From Candidatus Wirthbacteria bacterium CG2_30_54_11 (GTDB lineage Bacteria > Patescibacteriota > CG2-30-54-11): a DNA stretch of 53,596 nt. A model generated the notes under the pieces. The model was not told the DNA's origin, did not search any database, and saw only the letters and a list, made by a program, of their open reading frames with translations. The position numbers and the translations under genes are program-made. Within the stretch, counting starts at the first letter, position 1. Each line of letters begins with the position of its first letter. The stretch spans positions 1-53,596 of the forward strand of contig MNZT01000052.1 of NCBI GenBank assembly GCA_001873755.1, read 5' to 3'. Shown one piece after another: positions 52,778-53,596 of this stretch.

Positions 52778-53515
52778 TTATTGTGTAGACTGTTCAGTTT
52801 TCAGTTTATTGATCTGTTCGAGTTCCTGTTTGGTCTTGAACGTGGTGACCGGGGTGGTGAGCTCTGAGGGATCGACTTCGAGTTTTTCGAGCTGGGCGGT
52901 GCCGGGATTGTAGATGTCATAAAAAAGTTCAATCAATTCCTGGGTGGTCAGTGGTTTTGCCTTGACCCCGACACTGCTGAGGTGGCTGATGAGTGCATCG
53001 CACCGCTGCTGGAGCTGCTGCCGGGCGGTATCGAAATTAGTATCTTCCGCTTTCTTTTTTTTGCCGAACAGTCCGGTCATGGCCTTCACTTCTTCCCCGG
53101 CCCCGCTGCTATAGGGGATGGAGACATAGAACTGGCGGTCGAGGATATTGGCCACTTCGATGAGGCGCTGGATGTATTCGATGTATTCACTGGTCTGCAG
53201 TTTGAGCAGTTCGTTTTCCTGGGCTTCCTCGTGTTTGTGCAGGGTCTCGATATAGTGGTCGATATTGAGCGCCCGGGTACGGATGATGATCTCGACCGGA
53301 AAGGTGATGGCGTTCAGAAAATTGCGATAGGCAAAAATCATGGCGTTCTGTTCCATCTCGGATTTCAGGGAAAAGTTTACATTGGTCGTACGCATGATCT
53401 GCCGGTAGCTGCCGCCCTTCAGAATGATGATACCGTCGCGGATACGGTCAATATCCAGATGCGACTGGGTAGAGGGTTTATTTGGTTTCTGCGGCATGTC
53501 CTGGCGTGGGTTCAT
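52778..53515 (-). CDS. T4SS-associated protein resembling only the N-terminal (pre-ATPase) domain of VirB4
   Basis: IRDGIIILKGGSYRQIMRTTNVNFSLKSEMEQ...FPVEIIIRTRALNIDHYIETL...RQFYVSIPY parallels LKIGNKYHRTLFVSGYP...ADIAISLYQYPIDSKSVMEDL...KFFQFGLYMTV of the adjacent VirB4. It has no P-loop. Confidence 0.5.
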   Translation of the reverse strand: MNPRQDMPQKPNKPSTQSHLDIDRIRDGIIILKGGSYRQIMRTTNVNFSLKSEMEQNAMIFAYRNFLNAITFPVEIIIRTRALNIDHYIETLHKHEEAQENELLKLQTSEYIEYIQRLIEVANILDRQFYVSIPYSSGAGEEVKAMTGLFGKKKKAEDTNFDTARQQLQQRCDALISHLSSVGVKAKPLTTQELIELFYDIYNPGTAQLEKLEVDPSELTTPVTTFKTKQELEQINKLKTEQSTQ

Positions 53516-53596
53516 AGGGTTTTATCTGGGGTTAAGGGGTCTTTGGGTGGAACTGGAGCCGTGACGGATGCGGAATGGCGAGAGATGAGTGAGTTG

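Overview
A 53.6-kb, gene-dense bacterial chromosomal window with GC in the mid-50s % by eye. All calls come from reading the sequence and the ORF track; no searches were run.

Layout:
- (i) 1-4734 (-): the 5' part (N-terminal ~1578 aa) of a giant surface protein built from Ig-like repeats. It runs off the left edge, so it is absent from the ORF track.
- (ii) 4.9-11.2 kb: a DUF62 SAM-hydrolase-like gene, a GT2/GT-C fusion glycosyltransferase, and an envelope-stress-type module (SHOCT, CPBP protease, PadR, HAAS-PspC-toastrack).
- (iii) 11.2-19.6 kb: one long minus-strand run. It holds a metA-family gene preceded by two tandem Met-codon leader ORF + terminator units, a MacB/FtsX ABC pair, hypothetical proteins, ApbE with an orphan NqrB/RnfD-like protein, and a four-helix-bundle protein.
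- (iv) 19.9-20.4 kb: a 31-aa Lys-rich micro-ORF and tRNA-Gln(CUG).
- (v) 20.4-27.5 kb: an accessory, defence-like stretch. It holds a nonsense-split paralog, AbiEi/AbiEii, a secreted CHAP hydrolase, a DUF262-HNH-AlbA_2 fusion with an in-frame TAG, and a Fic protein.
- (vi) 27.6-39.5 kb: recQ, an HD protein, an MFS pump, a small-protein cluster (RHH, Crp, RHH, Lmo0937, YggT) and a second ABC/FtsX pair.
- (vii) 39.6-46.0 kb: recA-recX, then dnaA, an oriC-like spacer, dnaN, recF and a DUF721 gene.
- (viii) 46.0-53.6 kb: a minus-strand Gram-positive-type type IV secretion-like cluster (Ig-like protein, 1263-aa SLT+CHAP hydrolase, VirB4, VirB4-N-domain paralog) that continues past the right edge.

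Most interesting:
- A putative methionine-sensing tandem leader-peptide attenuator upstream of a metA homolog. That homolog appears to lack the nucleophilic Cys.
- A 21-nt palindrome-containing motif fused to the -35 box of recA, recQ and a four-helix-bundle gene, which may be an SOS-type operator.
- The nonsense-interrupted DUF262-HNH-AlbA_2 defence-like gene.
- The T4SS-like cluster sitting next to the replication origin.

The gene content (giant Ig-repeat protein, 23S-IVS-type four-helix-bundle protein, T4SS, compact origin region) would fit a small-genome, CPR/Patescibacteria-like or Gram-positive-like lineage. That placement is inference only.
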